Notes: a model not told the origin generated them from the sequence alone. DNA of 51,885 nucleotides from Bacteroidales bacterium (GCA_038322655.1 JBBQGD010000003.1:1-51885); one strand, 5' to 3'; positions 8,343 to 17,944 are shown, numbered from the stretch's first letter. Program-made: numbers and translations.

Positions 8343-10763
8343 TTAATGACTTACTTTTCTTCCATTATGATTGCCATTGCGGTTACCATTGTGGTTGCCA
8401 TTTCCATTTCCCTCCTCATCACCATCATAAATTTCAATAAATTGTTCTCCTTTAAATGCCTTGGTAACGGCATACTTATCGAGAACCAGCAGTAGCGAAG
8501 GCAATACCATGATATTAAAGAACATGGCAATAAACAAAGTAGTTGAAACTAACATTCCCAATGCCTGTGTACCTCCGAAACGTGAAACCATAAAAACACT
8601 GAATCCAAGTACCAGGACAATAGAAGTATAGATCATGCTGAATCCGGCTTCGCGGAGAGCATTAATGGTTGATCTTCTTATATCGTTACCTGTAACAATG
8701 AGTTCGTGCCGGTATCGTGACAAGTATTGTATGGCATTATCAACCGAAATACCAAGTGCTATGCTGAAAACTATGATCGTTGATGGTTTAACAGGAACAC
8801 CTGTAAATCCCATGATAGCCGCCGTAATTATAAGCGGAATAATATTAGGCAACATGGAAACAGCTATCATTCGTACACTTGAAAACATAAGGGCCATAAG
8901 CAGCGATATAAAACCGATAGCAAGAAGTACACTTTCTGCCAGGTGTTTTATCAGGAATTCAGTACCACGGGCATATACAAGGCTGTTGCCAGTCAATACA
9001 ACAGAATAATCTTCGGCAGGGAAAATTTCGGCTACTTTGGGTCGGATACTGTCAAGTAGCCGGTTCATATCTTTTGTACTGACATCAGCCATCTGGAAAC
9101 TTATCCGTGTATAGCGTTGAGTACTATCTATAAAAGAATTAAGCATATTCATCTTTGTGCCTGCTTTACGAGGAAAGTAGGAGAGTACAAAGTTTTTTTC
9201 CTGAGAGTTAGGAAGGCTGTACATTTCGGGATTGCCGTTAAAATAAGCCTGTTTGGCAAATTTAGCCAGTTCAGCCACCGAAAGTGGTTTTGAGAATCCT
9301 TTATTCTGAAGGATTACATTTTGTAATTCGTTAATCTTCTGAATGGTCGGCAGTCTCATTACGCCTTTTTTCTTTTTAGTATCTATTGATATTTCGAAAG
9401 GCATTACACCACCAAACTGATGCTCGAAAAATTTCAGGTCTTTATATAATGGACTATTGGTACTGATATCGTCGACTACTTTGCCGGAAGTACGCATATT
9501 CAGCATTCCGATAATTCCGATTACTAACAAAACTCCTGCGATAGAGAAAATCCATTTGCGTTTGTATTGAATTAAATAGATAATCTTATCGAGAAGGCTG
9601 CTGAAAATTTTATTATCGAGATGTTTCAGATGTTTTTCAGTCGGGGGAGCCATGTAACTGAAGATGATTGGCAGTAGGAGGATACATAAAATATATTCAA
9701 CCATGACGCTGATTGCAGCTATGATTCCGAATTCGCGAAGCATCTGGTTCGATACGAGGATAAATGCTGCAAAACCTGTTGCTGTAGCAGTATTGACCAT
9801 GAGCGAAGCAAAGCCGATACGCTGCACTACGCGCGAAAGCCCAAGAATTTTATTCCCGTGAAGGCGATATTCCCAGTGGTATTTATTGAGGATATAAATA
9901 CAGTTTTCGATAGCTATAACAACAATAAGCGAAGGAATTACACCTGTAAGGATGGAAATTTTAAATCCAAACAAGCCGATTAATCCAACGGTGAAAATAA
10001 TACTGATTGCTACAACTACCAGTGAACTCGCAACTACTTTCAACGAGCGGAAAAACATAAAAAGGACAACTGCAGCTATAAGTATAGAAAGAAAAACAAA
10101 GAGGAATAGTTCTTTCTGAACCATTCGCGCCATTACCGAACGTATATAAGGCATTCCGGAATAATGCAGTTCATGACCGGTTTGTTGCGTGTATGCTTCA
10201 GCACGCTTAACAATATTGTCGGTTATGACCAACCGGCTTTTATCGTTCAGTTTTTGCTGGTTCAGGGTAATGGCAAGCAGGTAAGTGTTTGTTTTTGAAT
10301 TAAACAGAAGACCTTCATAGAATTTCAGAGAAAGGATTTTTTCTTTTAATGAATCCGTTTCGGCCTGGGTTGTTGGTTTTGCAGGAACAAGGGGAGGGAA
10401 ATCATACTTCCTGAGTCTTTCGTTCTTAACGATATCGACCGCTTTCGCTATGGAAGTTACGCCTTCAACACCATCAATTTTTTGCATGTCCATGGTAAGA
10501 TCGTACCATGCATTAAATTCATTAAGCTTAAACATATCAGGATTGGTAAGCCCGATTACGAATACACTTCCATCCTCGCCAAAACGTTTTTTAAAAGCAT
10601 TGTATTCAATAACCGTTGGGTCGTCCGCCGGAAGAATACGTGAGTTGTCGTACGAAAGTTCTACACCTGTTCCCAACCATGCCATAAGCACCGTTAGAAT
10701 ACCGATAACTATCAGTATTGCAGGCCGGTTACGAAGGATTAATTTAACAAGTAATTTCCACAT
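8343..10763 (-). CDS. MMPL/RND-family transporter
   Basis: Two repeats of TM + large periplasmic loop + five TM; IALGISVDNAIQY motif; about 800 aa. Confidence 0.9.
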   Translation of the reverse strand: MWKLLVKLILRNRPAILIVIGILTVLMAWLGTGVELSYDNSRILPADDPTVIEYNAFKKRFGEDGSVFVIGLTNPDMFKLNEFNAWYDLTMDMQKIDGVEGVTSIAKAVDIVKNERLRKYDFPPLVPAKPTTQAETDSLKEKILSLKFYEGLLFNSKTNTYLLAITLNQQKLNDKSRLVITDNIVKRAEAYTQQTGHELHYSGMPYIRSVMARMVQKELFLFVFLSILIAAVVLFMFFRSLKVVASSLVVVAISIIFTVGLIGLFGFKISILTGVIPSLIVVIAIENCIYILNKYHWEYRLHGNKILGLSRVVQRIGFASLMVNTATATGFAAFILVSNQMLREFGIIAAISVMVEYILCILLLPIIFSYMAPPTEKHLKHLDNKIFSSLLDKIIYLIQYKRKWIFSIAGVLLVIGIIGMLNMRTSGKVVDDISTNSPLYKDLKFFEHQFGGVMPFEISIDTKKKKGVMRLPTIQKINELQNVILQNKGFSKPLSVAELAKFAKQAYFNGNPEMYSLPNSQEKNFVLSYFPRKAGTKMNMLNSFIDSTQRYTRISFQMADVSTKDMNRLLDSIRPKVAEIFPAEDYSVVLTGNSLVYARGTEFLIKHLAESVLLAIGFISLLMALMFSSVRMIAVSMLPNIIPLIITAAIMGFTGVPVKPSTIIVFSIALGISVDNAIQYLSRYRHELIVTGNDIRRSTINALREAGFSMIYTSIVLVLGFSVFMVSRFGGTQALGMLVSTTLFIAMFFNIMVLPSLLLVLDKYAVTKAFKGEQFIEIYDGDEEGNGNGNHNGNRNGNHNGRKVSH

Positions 10764-10955
10764 AGTCTGGTAAAAGTCCTATTTGATTGAATGGGCGAAG
10801 ATACAATAATTATAATAAAAAAGTGTTTGCATTCCGCATATCCGCAAGTTGAAGTGACACAATTAAATGCTGAAAACCCTGAAATCAGGTTTCGGTTTGT
10901 TTTAATGGGAGTGCAGATTACAAAACTTAAATCATAGTTTCAGGTTGTGAATATA

Positions 10956-11738
10956 TTATTTGCAATTATACTCAACACTGTTCAGATTAAATTTACCGTA
11001 AACATAATCTCCTTCAGGCATATGCCATATAGTTTCGCCATACGATGGTACTTTCCGGCCGTTAAAATCCTTGTAATTAAATACGGGCGTTGACCATGGA
11101 TAACTTAGATATGTTTTACCGTCTGAAGACATAAATCTATCGGACGAAATGAAATTTTTGAGTTCACCCGTTTCGCTGAAGTACAAGGTGGCTGAGATGG
11201 TGTTTTTCCCGTTCGTGTATATTGCCTTTACAGTGAGTGGGTCAATGGTTTGCCACTGAACATTGGCATCGATCAAAGCCGACGGAGCCATCAAGCAAAG
11301 GTCGTTGAAAACTGTTACTGTTTCGCCCTTGTCCATTTTTTCGCCTTTGGCATCAACAATAGTAAATAACGATGCCATCCTGATTTTCATGGATGCTTTT
11401 TCATTTTTATATACATGCAACCCATCCAAAGGCAACCCCATCATGGGCATTTTCATATAAAAAAACCTCATCGGACTTCCATAGAAATTATATTGTACGG
11501 AGGTGAATTTCATGTATTTGCGATTCGGAGCTGTCTTAAAGTCGCCGGTAAATTCCAGTTTTACCGATTGAATTTTTTCTTTCCCGATTGCACCTGTAAA
11601 CTTCAGATACTTTTGCACCGGTTCAGGCAAATGTTTAATATCCTGTTCGGTTACAATCCCCGGATTGGTTTGTAATTGCATAGCTTCGTTCACTCCCTTA
11701 GTGAAGACTTTTTTGAAACCAGGGCCAAATAGATTCAA
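10956..11738 (-). CDS. DUF6544-like protein, start uncertain (possibly 5'-truncated)
   Basis: LPEPVQKYL, GETVTVFNDLCLMAPSAL, PWSTP motifs recognised from memory; only a TTG start, 6 nt after an in-frame upstream stop. Confidence 0.7.
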   Translation of the reverse strand: MNLFGPGFKKVFTKGVNEAMQLQTNPGIVTEQDIKHLPEPVQKYLKFTGAIGKEKIQSVKLEFTGDFKTAPNRKYMKFTSVQYNFYGSPMRFFYMKMPMMGLPLDGLHVYKNEKASMKIRMASLFTIVDAKGEKMDKGETVTVFNDLCLMAPSALIDANVQWQTIDPLTVKAIYTNGKNTISATLYFSETGELKNFISSDRFMSSDGKTYLSYPWSTPVFNYKDFNGRKVPSYGETIWHMPEGDYVYGKFNLNSVEYNCK

Positions 11739-11744
11739 GTTGAT

Positions 11745-12164
11745 TTAGTATTTCAGTTTAATCTCAATCAGTTTTTTAATATCCGGGATTATGGATTCAT
11801 TTTTCACATCAATTCTGAAACCGCGTCCTTCGGAATACACTTTTGCAGTTTCGATGATGGTTTTAATATCATTACTTATTTCACTTGTGAGAGCTTCGCT
11901 GGTTGCTTTTGCTCCAAAAACGAAAGCCACCATGAAAAAGTTATCCCTTGGAAGTAAATAAATGATTGCCCGTTTTTTGTCCTTTATCCTGAAACTCCAC
12001 CCATATTTGCGGCCGGGACAATTCCATTCTTCATTTGCATTTGGATATACAGTTGAAACATACTCCCGTATTTTCATCCAGGCGTCAAACATATTAACCA
12101 AAGCCTTGCTTAGCAAAAAATCATCAGGCATCTCGTCTCCGTTCATAAAAATACTGGTTTCCAT
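11745..12164 (-). CDS. DUF3788-like protein
   Basis: EEWNCPGRKYGWSFRIKDKKRAIIYLLP...EGRGFRIDV...KLIEIK; ATG 12164 preferred. Confidence 0.8.
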   Translation of the reverse strand: METSIFMNGDEMPDDFLLSKALVNMFDAWMKIREYVSTVYPNANEEWNCPGRKYGWSFRIKDKKRAIIYLLPRDNFFMVAFVFGAKATSEALTSEISNDIKTIIETAKVYSEGRGFRIDVKNESIIPDIKKLIEIKLKY

Positions 12165-12220
12165 AGCGTATGTATATCTTGTTGATTGATCCAATATATC
12201 CTTTTGGTTTGAATTTGTTA

Positions 12221-13081
12221 TCAACTAAAAAAATAATAGCTCAGAAAAATCATAGCGGCATGCAGCACTATACTACCGTCGAGTATCCCGTGATAGTACA
12301 AAGGCAGACTTTTTAGTGTTTTGTAATTGATAAAAAAGATTGTAATGCCAATTGAAAAAATGTAGGCCGGTAGTATAAAAATCATGTCTGAATTCACGTA
12401 ATGATATGAAGCAATGCATAAAGAAATCAGCATTAACAGATTTGAGATTTTAAGTGCAAAGTTTTCTCCAAACTCTATAGGAATTGTACTTTTAGAAGTA
12501 AGGGCATCGGCCTTCATATCGCGGATATCAAACGGAATGGCGATAGCAAATATAAATGTAAAGCGTTCAGCAAACAGAAGTGCTACTTGTTGAAAGTGAA
12601 AAGATTGTTCCCCGAAAAAAACAGGTATCAATACAGTTACTCCTGACCATACAACAGCGATCAGCAACGTTTTCATTCCTGTTATCTTCAGCAAAAGGAG
12701 CTTGTGCTTTCTTTTTCCTGGAAGAGGAAATGAATAAAGAAAAGAAAGGAAGGCAAGCGGTATAAGTAAAAACAGGATTTCTATTCGTACGAAAAACAAT
12801 GAAACCACCAGTCCGGCGAATGAGAAAATAATCAATGTTCTGAAAATAAACGGGTTTTCAGAAGCCCATTTGAACTTATCAGTATCAATAATTTCAGGTT
12901 TATTCTTTACAGCAAGGAACCGGTGTAAGTTATAGTCGAACAAAGTTGCCAGAAAGATTGCTGCTAAATATGGATGCAAGTGCGGATTCATGCCCAGCTG
13001 AACCTGTGATGCAAATGTTAACGCAATTGCCGCCAGGGCAATAAGAATATTCGAATGAATTATAAAGCTCAGTGCTTTCAA
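12221..13081 (-). CDS. UbiA-superfamily prenyltransferase-like membrane protein
   Basis: About nine TM helices, LYS and PFDIRDMKAD Asp-rich motif; first Asp-rich motif is degenerate. Confidence 0.75.
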   Translation of the reverse strand: MKALSFIIHSNILIALAAIALTFASQVQLGMNPHLHPYLAAIFLATLFDYNLHRFLAVKNKPEIIDTDKFKWASENPFIFRTLIIFSFAGLVVSLFFVRIEILFLLIPLAFLSFLYSFPLPGKRKHKLLLLKITGMKTLLIAVVWSGVTVLIPVFFGEQSFHFQQVALLFAERFTFIFAIAIPFDIRDMKADALTSKSTIPIEFGENFALKISNLLMLISLCIASYHYVNSDMIFILPAYIFSIGITIFFINYKTLKSLPLYYHGILDGSIVLHAAMIFLSYYFFS

Positions 13082-13120
13082 GGCAAAATTTATATAAATG
13101 GAATTAAATCCGATGCGTGT

Positions 13121-14308
13121 TTATACAATCCCCATCATTTTTTCGAGATGATGATATGTTATTCCAAAATAGGCCTTAGTCTCTTTTATTTTTTGCAAAA
13201 TCTGTTCATCCTTTGGTTGAGTTTTCTGATTTTTTACACCTACAATCATCACATTTTTAGGCGTATGTGCATCGGAGATAAATTGAAAGACTTTGGTTTT
13301 ATACCCAAAATATTCCAATATCAGGGCGCGTATTCCATCAGTAACCATTTCGGATTGTCGTTCGAGAAAGATGCCGTATTTAGTAAGGAAATCAAGCTGA
13401 TTGATGGCTTTACCGGCTTCTATCTGCCTTCGGATTTGCTTATGGCAACAAGGAGCAACTACAATTAAATCAGCTTGCGATGTTATTCCTTTATAGATTG
13501 CATCATCGGTTGCTGTATCGCATGCATGCAGCGCAATCAGAATATTTGTGCCTGAACTGTCGTAATTTTCGATGGTTCCCTGTTCGAAACTGAGATTGTC
13601 GAAACCGGTGTTTTTTGCAATTTTATTACATAAATCAACCAGTTCGGGGCGGAATTCAACGCCGGTAACTTGCGATTTTACTTTCAGAACATTGGTCAGA
13701 TAATCGTAAAGAGCAAAAGTGAGATATCCTTTTCCCGATCCCATATCAACTACTTTAATAACTTCCCTGTCCGGGATTTCTTTGATCAGAGTACTCAGAA
13801 TTTCAATATAGTGATTTATTTGCTTGTACTTATCCTGAGAGTTTACAAGCACTTTCCCGTTTTCATCGGTAATTTTAAGTTCTGTGAGATAGTGTTTTCC
13901 TTCCGGGCTAATCAGGCGCTTTTTAGTCCGGTCGTGATCGGGTAGAGGTACCAGTATATTTGTTGGTGCATTCTGCCTGAGAATAAACTTTTTATTGTGC
14001 AGGTTCTCAAACGCGAGGTCGAAGGCTGTGGTGAATAATGTAGCTACATAAAACTCCAGGTTCAAAAAATCTTTTACTTTGCGGATGCCTTCTTCAAATG
14101 CGTAATTTTTTACAATATCCCGGGTTTTATAACGGTAAGTAAAGCTCAGTTTCTCCTCACCTTTAATTTCAATTCGTTTTATATAAATGTTTTTAAGATT
14201 TTCTTCTTTGCCTTTATAGTTACCGAGTGATAATTTAACAAATGTATTGTCGCCCAGGCTTTTTTGGAGTGAAAGTATAAACTCATTTATTTTGTCGCTG
14301 AGGCTCAT
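13121..14308 (-). CDS. Class I SAM-dependent methyltransferase
   Basis: VVDMGSGKGYLTF SAM motif, ALHACDTATD, VAPCCH, HTPKN. Confidence 0.9.
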   Translation of the reverse strand: MSLSDKINEFILSLQKSLGDNTFVKLSLGNYKGKEENLKNIYIKRIEIKGEEKLSFTYRYKTRDIVKNYAFEEGIRKVKDFLNLEFYVATLFTTAFDLAFENLHNKKFILRQNAPTNILVPLPDHDRTKKRLISPEGKHYLTELKITDENGKVLVNSQDKYKQINHYIEILSTLIKEIPDREVIKVVDMGSGKGYLTFALYDYLTNVLKVKSQVTGVEFRPELVDLCNKIAKNTGFDNLSFEQGTIENYDSSGTNILIALHACDTATDDAIYKGITSQADLIVVAPCCHKQIRRQIEAGKAINQLDFLTKYGIFLERQSEMVTDGIRALILEYFGYKTKVFQFISDAHTPKNVMIVGVKNQKTQPKDEQILQKIKETKAYFGITYHHLEKMMGIV

Positions 14309-14410
14309 AAAGGTAAAATTTAAATTCCGGGTTTTTCCTGAAGATGCTGAGAAAACTTAACCTAAGGTAAATGATTTGGCCCTGATTAAATCTACAGGCT
14401 GCGAAGTTAC

Positions 14411-14443
14411 AAAAAACAAGCCCGGAAGAATGGGCTATCCGGG
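14411..14443 (-). terminator. Intrinsic terminator after DUF6855-TfoX-small TM operon
   Basis: Minus strand CCCGGA-11nt-TCCGGG then CTTGTTTTTT. Confidence 0.6.
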
Positions 14444-14480
14444 TAAATGTTGAGCTTTAAAGTAAGTTATTATAAATGAA

Positions 14481-14660
14481 TTATTCTTTTTTAAGAATCA
14501 AAATCACCTGGTTGATAATTAATCCTGACAATGCACCGATTGCTAAAATTGAAATGAATTCTACGTTCCGGATATTGCCATCTGTTATTCTCAGGTAACT
14601 ACTGATACTGATGATAAGCAGGGCAGACATGACCCCGATACTGATTTTTTGTTTTTTCAT
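14481..14660 (-). CDS. 59-aa two-TM membrane protein (absent from ORF track)
   Basis: MKKQKISIGVMSALLIISISSYLRITDGNIRNVEFISILAIGALSGLIINQVILILKKE*; ATGA overlap with the TfoX stop. Confidence 0.8.
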   Translation of the reverse strand: MKKQKISIGVMSALLIISISSYLRITDGNIRNVEFISILAIGALSGLIINQVILILKKE

Positions 14661-15007
14661 AATCTGGATTTTCGTTTTTTTGAGGGTTTGGCATTTTTAT
14701 TAAAATCGAGGGCAAGCCCGATCCAATATTCAAGGTCTTTCACTTTATCAATTCCTTCGGGACTGATGAATACCCAGCTTTTCATAGGTTTGCCTGTAAA
14801 ATTCATTGGATGGCAACCATGTTTTTCGATAGCTTCTTCGTAAATATCAGGATCAATACGGGCCATCATTTCATCCTTCATTACGCCAACACACATTTTA
14901 TTATCAACCATAAATGCCACACCTCCCATCATGTGTTTTTCTTCAATTATGGGTTGGTCGACCAGGATTTCCCTGATACGGTCGGCTAATTTTTCGTCGT
15001 AAGCCAT
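14657..15007 (-). CDS. TfoX/Sxy N-terminal domain protein
   Basis: MAYDEKLADRIR, EKHMMGGVAFMVDNKMCVGV, MNFTGKPMKSWVFI. Confidence 0.88.
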   Translation of the reverse strand: MAYDEKLADRIREILVDQPIIEEKHMMGGVAFMVDNKMCVGVMKDEMMARIDPDIYEEAIEKHGCHPMNFTGKPMKSWVFISPEGIDKVKDLEYWIGLALDFNKNAKPSKKRKSRL

Positions 15008-15018
15008 GATTTAAAAGT

Positions 15019-15423
15019 TTAGATAGCTTTCATCCGGTTATTTCTCGCGTTATGCTCAACTTCTGCCAATCCTAATTTCTCCATTAAAGGAGGAATATAC
15101 ATGCCAAATCGTCCGCGGAATCCCTTTTTTAATCCATACCAACCTCCAACCGGGTTTTCGGTCGAGCGGCCCCAGGCTTCGACTGTTCCTTCTTTTGCCA
15201 GCTTTTGTTCATCAGCACTGCCAAGTTCCATCCAGTCGCCGTGCATCTTCAACAACGAATGTAAATCGGCCAGACAGCGGTATTCATAATGTAAAACTGT
15301 CGTGCCTACTGTGCAAACCAATATCTCTTTTCCGTCTTTTTCGGATTTATACATCTGGTATTCCGATGTCCCCGGCGGAGTTTTCAGCTTCCACGGATTT
15401 TCTTTACGTCCTGATTCAGCCAT
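15019..15423 (-). CDS. DUF6855-like conserved protein
   Basis: PWKLKTPPGTSEY...VEAWGRSTENPVGGWYGLKKGFRGRFGMYIPP; family assignment from memory. Confidence 0.7.
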   Translation of the reverse strand: MAESGRKENPWKLKTPPGTSEYQMYKSEKDGKEILVCTVGTTVLHYEYRCLADLHSLLKMHGDWMELGSADEQKLAKEGTVEAWGRSTENPVGGWYGLKKGFRGRFGMYIPPLMEKLGLAEVEHNARNNRMKAI

Positions 15424-15619
15424 GATTTTATAAGTTTTAAATTTATATTATGAATTAAACAAAAATAAATGGCTAAGGTTTTAGGTATCAAGTTGAAACT
15501 TCTGCTTTTGTTGATTTTGCAAGTCCTTAAATAGTTTTACTCTCCTGAGAGAATCAAGATTATGATATATGCTGGATTGGTAACAACAAGAATGATTTTA
15601 AGAAAATCTATTTTCTCTT

Positions 15620-16366
15620 TTAAAATACAAGCCTCAGCGTTAATCCTCCCGGGAATGTATTTACATACAATTGTGACTTTGGCTTATACATAGCCGTGGG
15701 AAGACCTTTTTGATATTTATCGCGGTAGTTGGTGTAATCTTTTATTGCCCTGGTCGGTTGGGTCCAAATCTGTGCTTCGGTGATAGCTGAATTGATTGCA
15801 AAGTTTATCAATCCTGATTTAAAAGTCCTGTCAAATCCCAACCAGGTTATAAGCCCGCTGCTTAGATTAACAGTTCCGGAAGCAGCGTGCATTTTCCATG
15901 AGCGGCCATCTTTTTCCCTGTTGGCGCTTGCTTCAAACAATTCTTCTGCTTTGTTCAATTTAACAGTACGTTCTTCGGGAGTGTCGCCGGGAGCAAGGGC
16001 AAGCCTGCCTAGCGCTGAAGCAGGAGTCATCGGCATAAGTAATTGTCCCATCGCTCCGACAAGCGTAGTCGCTGCACCAAGCGACAAATCCTGCTTGGCT
16101 TTCAGTTCATCACTCATTAAAAATGCAATCCCTTGTCCGACGGTTGCAGCGCTGTAACCATAAAGCCAGCCGTTCCACCAAAGCTTTGCATTTGGTTTTC
16201 CCTGGTCCAGCATGGTTTGTATGTAATTAATACGCACACTTACAATTGAATCCGGTATTTCATTTTGAGCCGATAGTTTTGATACCTGTAATATGAAAAT
16301 GAGCAGAAAAAATACAGTTCCGGAAGAAGTTGATCGGTTACGTTTAGCTTTGCAGGTACAGCTCAT
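15620..16366 (-). CDS. Hypothetical exported/membrane protein
   Basis: Signal-like N-terminus, WWNGW motif, Gly/Ala-rich helices, C-terminal alternating strand ending in Phe. Confidence 0.75.
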   Translation of the reverse strand: MSCTCKAKRNRSTSSGTVFFLLIFILQVSKLSAQNEIPDSIVSVRINYIQTMLDQGKPNAKLWWNGWLYGYSAATVGQGIAFLMSDELKAKQDLSLGAATTLVGAMGQLLMPMTPASALGRLALAPGDTPEERTVKLNKAEELFEASANREKDGRSWKMHAASGTVNLSSGLITWLGFDRTFKSGLINFAINSAITEAQIWTQPTRAIKDYTNYRDKYQKGLPTAMYKPKSQLYVNTFPGGLTLRLVF

Positions 16367-16414
16367 TTTTTAGGTTTACGAAGAACAACTTTGAATTACG
16401 CCAAAAAAATCTGA

Positions 16415-17656
16415 TCAGGCAGCTTTGTGTACACTTTCCTTACTCATCAGTGATGATTCTTTGAGTTGCGTCGACACAAGGATACTTAGAACCATCAGTC
16501 CTATTAAAACCATCAAGGGCATTGTCATGGAACCGTTTTGAGCCGATTTAAAGCTATCCATACCAAAAATAAATGCAATCCCTGAAATCTGTCCCATCAA
16601 GAGCATCATTCCGTTGGATGTTCCTTCCGAAGTAGGATATGTAATCTCAGCACCGTACTGGAACCCAACCGGCCCTGAACTAAGCAGGAAGAATCCAAGA
16701 CCAGCTCCCGATACAAGCAACAGCCAATAAGAAGTTGCAAACGTAATCCCTACCAGGCTTATAGTTGCTCCGGCCAGGGCAATAATTATAAAAGGAGTTC
16801 TTTTCCGGTAATAGTCTGAAAGCAATGGAATGACCAATGCACCAATTATACCGCCGGCAATCATCAGCCCACCGGTTATACCGGCCTGGGTATTGGAAAA
16901 TCCGCGCGGATTCAGGATGTTTTCTATCCAGGTAGTAACCGCATTGAAAACGCCCAGGCCAATAAAAAAGATAAAAAGCAACCAGTTAAAATCTCTGACC
17001 TTGAAAATGTTTTTAATACCATCATAAACCAATGATCTTTCTTCCTGGTCGGGACGACAGGGTGCTGTTGGTGGGCCTTCTTTTGCAAAAACAATGAAAA
17101 TAAAGGCCGCTCCCATGGCAACTATTCCATAAATGTAAAGCATGCCACCAATTCCTGAACCAATTATCAAATGCGGTGTCACTATCATACCAGCCAGGAT
17201 TCCTACATACATAGCAAGTGTTCCAAGCCCGGCGGCTGTGGCGCGTTCTTCAATCGGGAACCAGCGGGCTGCAAATTTTGTAATGGCGTTCAGAATAAAT
17301 GGCTGGCCAATGGCAATTCCAATTTGTGCGATGAGTAATAGTTCGAAATTAGTTGTGACTAATCCGCGCAGCAATCCGAAAATACCGGTAAAAGCAGCGC
17401 CTATTCCGACACCAACCCGAATACCGTATTTATCGATTATCCATGATGCAGGTATTGAGAAAACAACAAAAACAATCATAAAACTCATGGATAGAATTCC
17501 TATCCATATGTCCGAAACACCATAGTAAATGGTTGCATCGCTGGTAATGGGCGCAAAAGTGATCCAGAGCATTTGGTTTACCGCGATTAAGAACATATAG
17601 ACACTAAGAATGGTCCATCGAAAGCGATAAACTTTGAAAGTTGTAAGTTTAGGCAT
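16415..17656 (-). CDS. MFS transporter, FLVCR/SLC49-like
   Basis: 12 TM; FKVYRFRW, NQMLWITFAPI, ARWFPIEERATA, AEITYPTSEGTSNG. Confidence 0.9.
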   Translation of the reverse strand: MPKLTTFKVYRFRWTILSVYMFLIAVNQMLWITFAPITSDATIYYGVSDIWIGILSMSFMIVFVVFSIPASWIIDKYGIRVGVGIGAAFTGIFGLLRGLVTTNFELLLIAQIGIAIGQPFILNAITKFAARWFPIEERATAAGLGTLAMYVGILAGMIVTPHLIIGSGIGGMLYIYGIVAMGAAFIFIVFAKEGPPTAPCRPDQEERSLVYDGIKNIFKVRDFNWLLFIFFIGLGVFNAVTTWIENILNPRGFSNTQAGITGGLMIAGGIIGALVIPLLSDYYRKRTPFIIIALAGATISLVGITFATSYWLLLVSGAGLGFFLLSSGPVGFQYGAEITYPTSEGTSNGMMLLMGQISGIAFIFGMDSFKSAQNGSMTMPLMVLIGLMVLSILVSTQLKESSLMSKESVHKAA

Positions 17657-17913
17657 AGATTTTCAGCTTCAGAAAAAGTGAATCAGGGATGAATTAAAGG
17701 TAAGGAATTGTTGTAAATCTGTTGTCGGTTAATTTCGACCTGTTAAAAGTAGTAAATTTATTTAAAGTGAAACCCTTTTTAACTGGATTGGACTTTTCCC
17801 TGTTTATCTGAGCTTTCAAGGTGTGAGAATCAGATCTCTCTTTTATTAAGATCATTGCCTTAAGTTTGGGATAAGAACAGGAAATCGGATTAAATAACAT
17901 TACCACTTTTCTT

Positions 17914-17944
17914 AAAAGCAAAAACCCGGCATATCCCGGGTTTC
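17914..17944 (-). terminator. Intrinsic terminator after ctpA
   Basis: Minus strand AAACCCGG-gatatg-CCGGGTTT followed by TTGCTTTT. Confidence 0.7.

Noticed and set aside
6431-13081. Archaeal-type ether lipid pathway (GGPP synthase + UbiA as DGGGP synthase)
   Set aside because: No GGGP synthase in the window, and the UbiA-like protein lacks the first NDxxD motif.
14309-14400. SAM-II riboswitch before the methyltransferase (GATTTAA present)
   Set aside because: No flanking P1 helix or downstream GCTAAA pseudoknot segment; only a 5-bp hairpin.
17694-17921. 75-aa intergenic ORF
   Set aside because: TTG start inside the ctpA terminator tail, no motifs, spans a probable promoter region.
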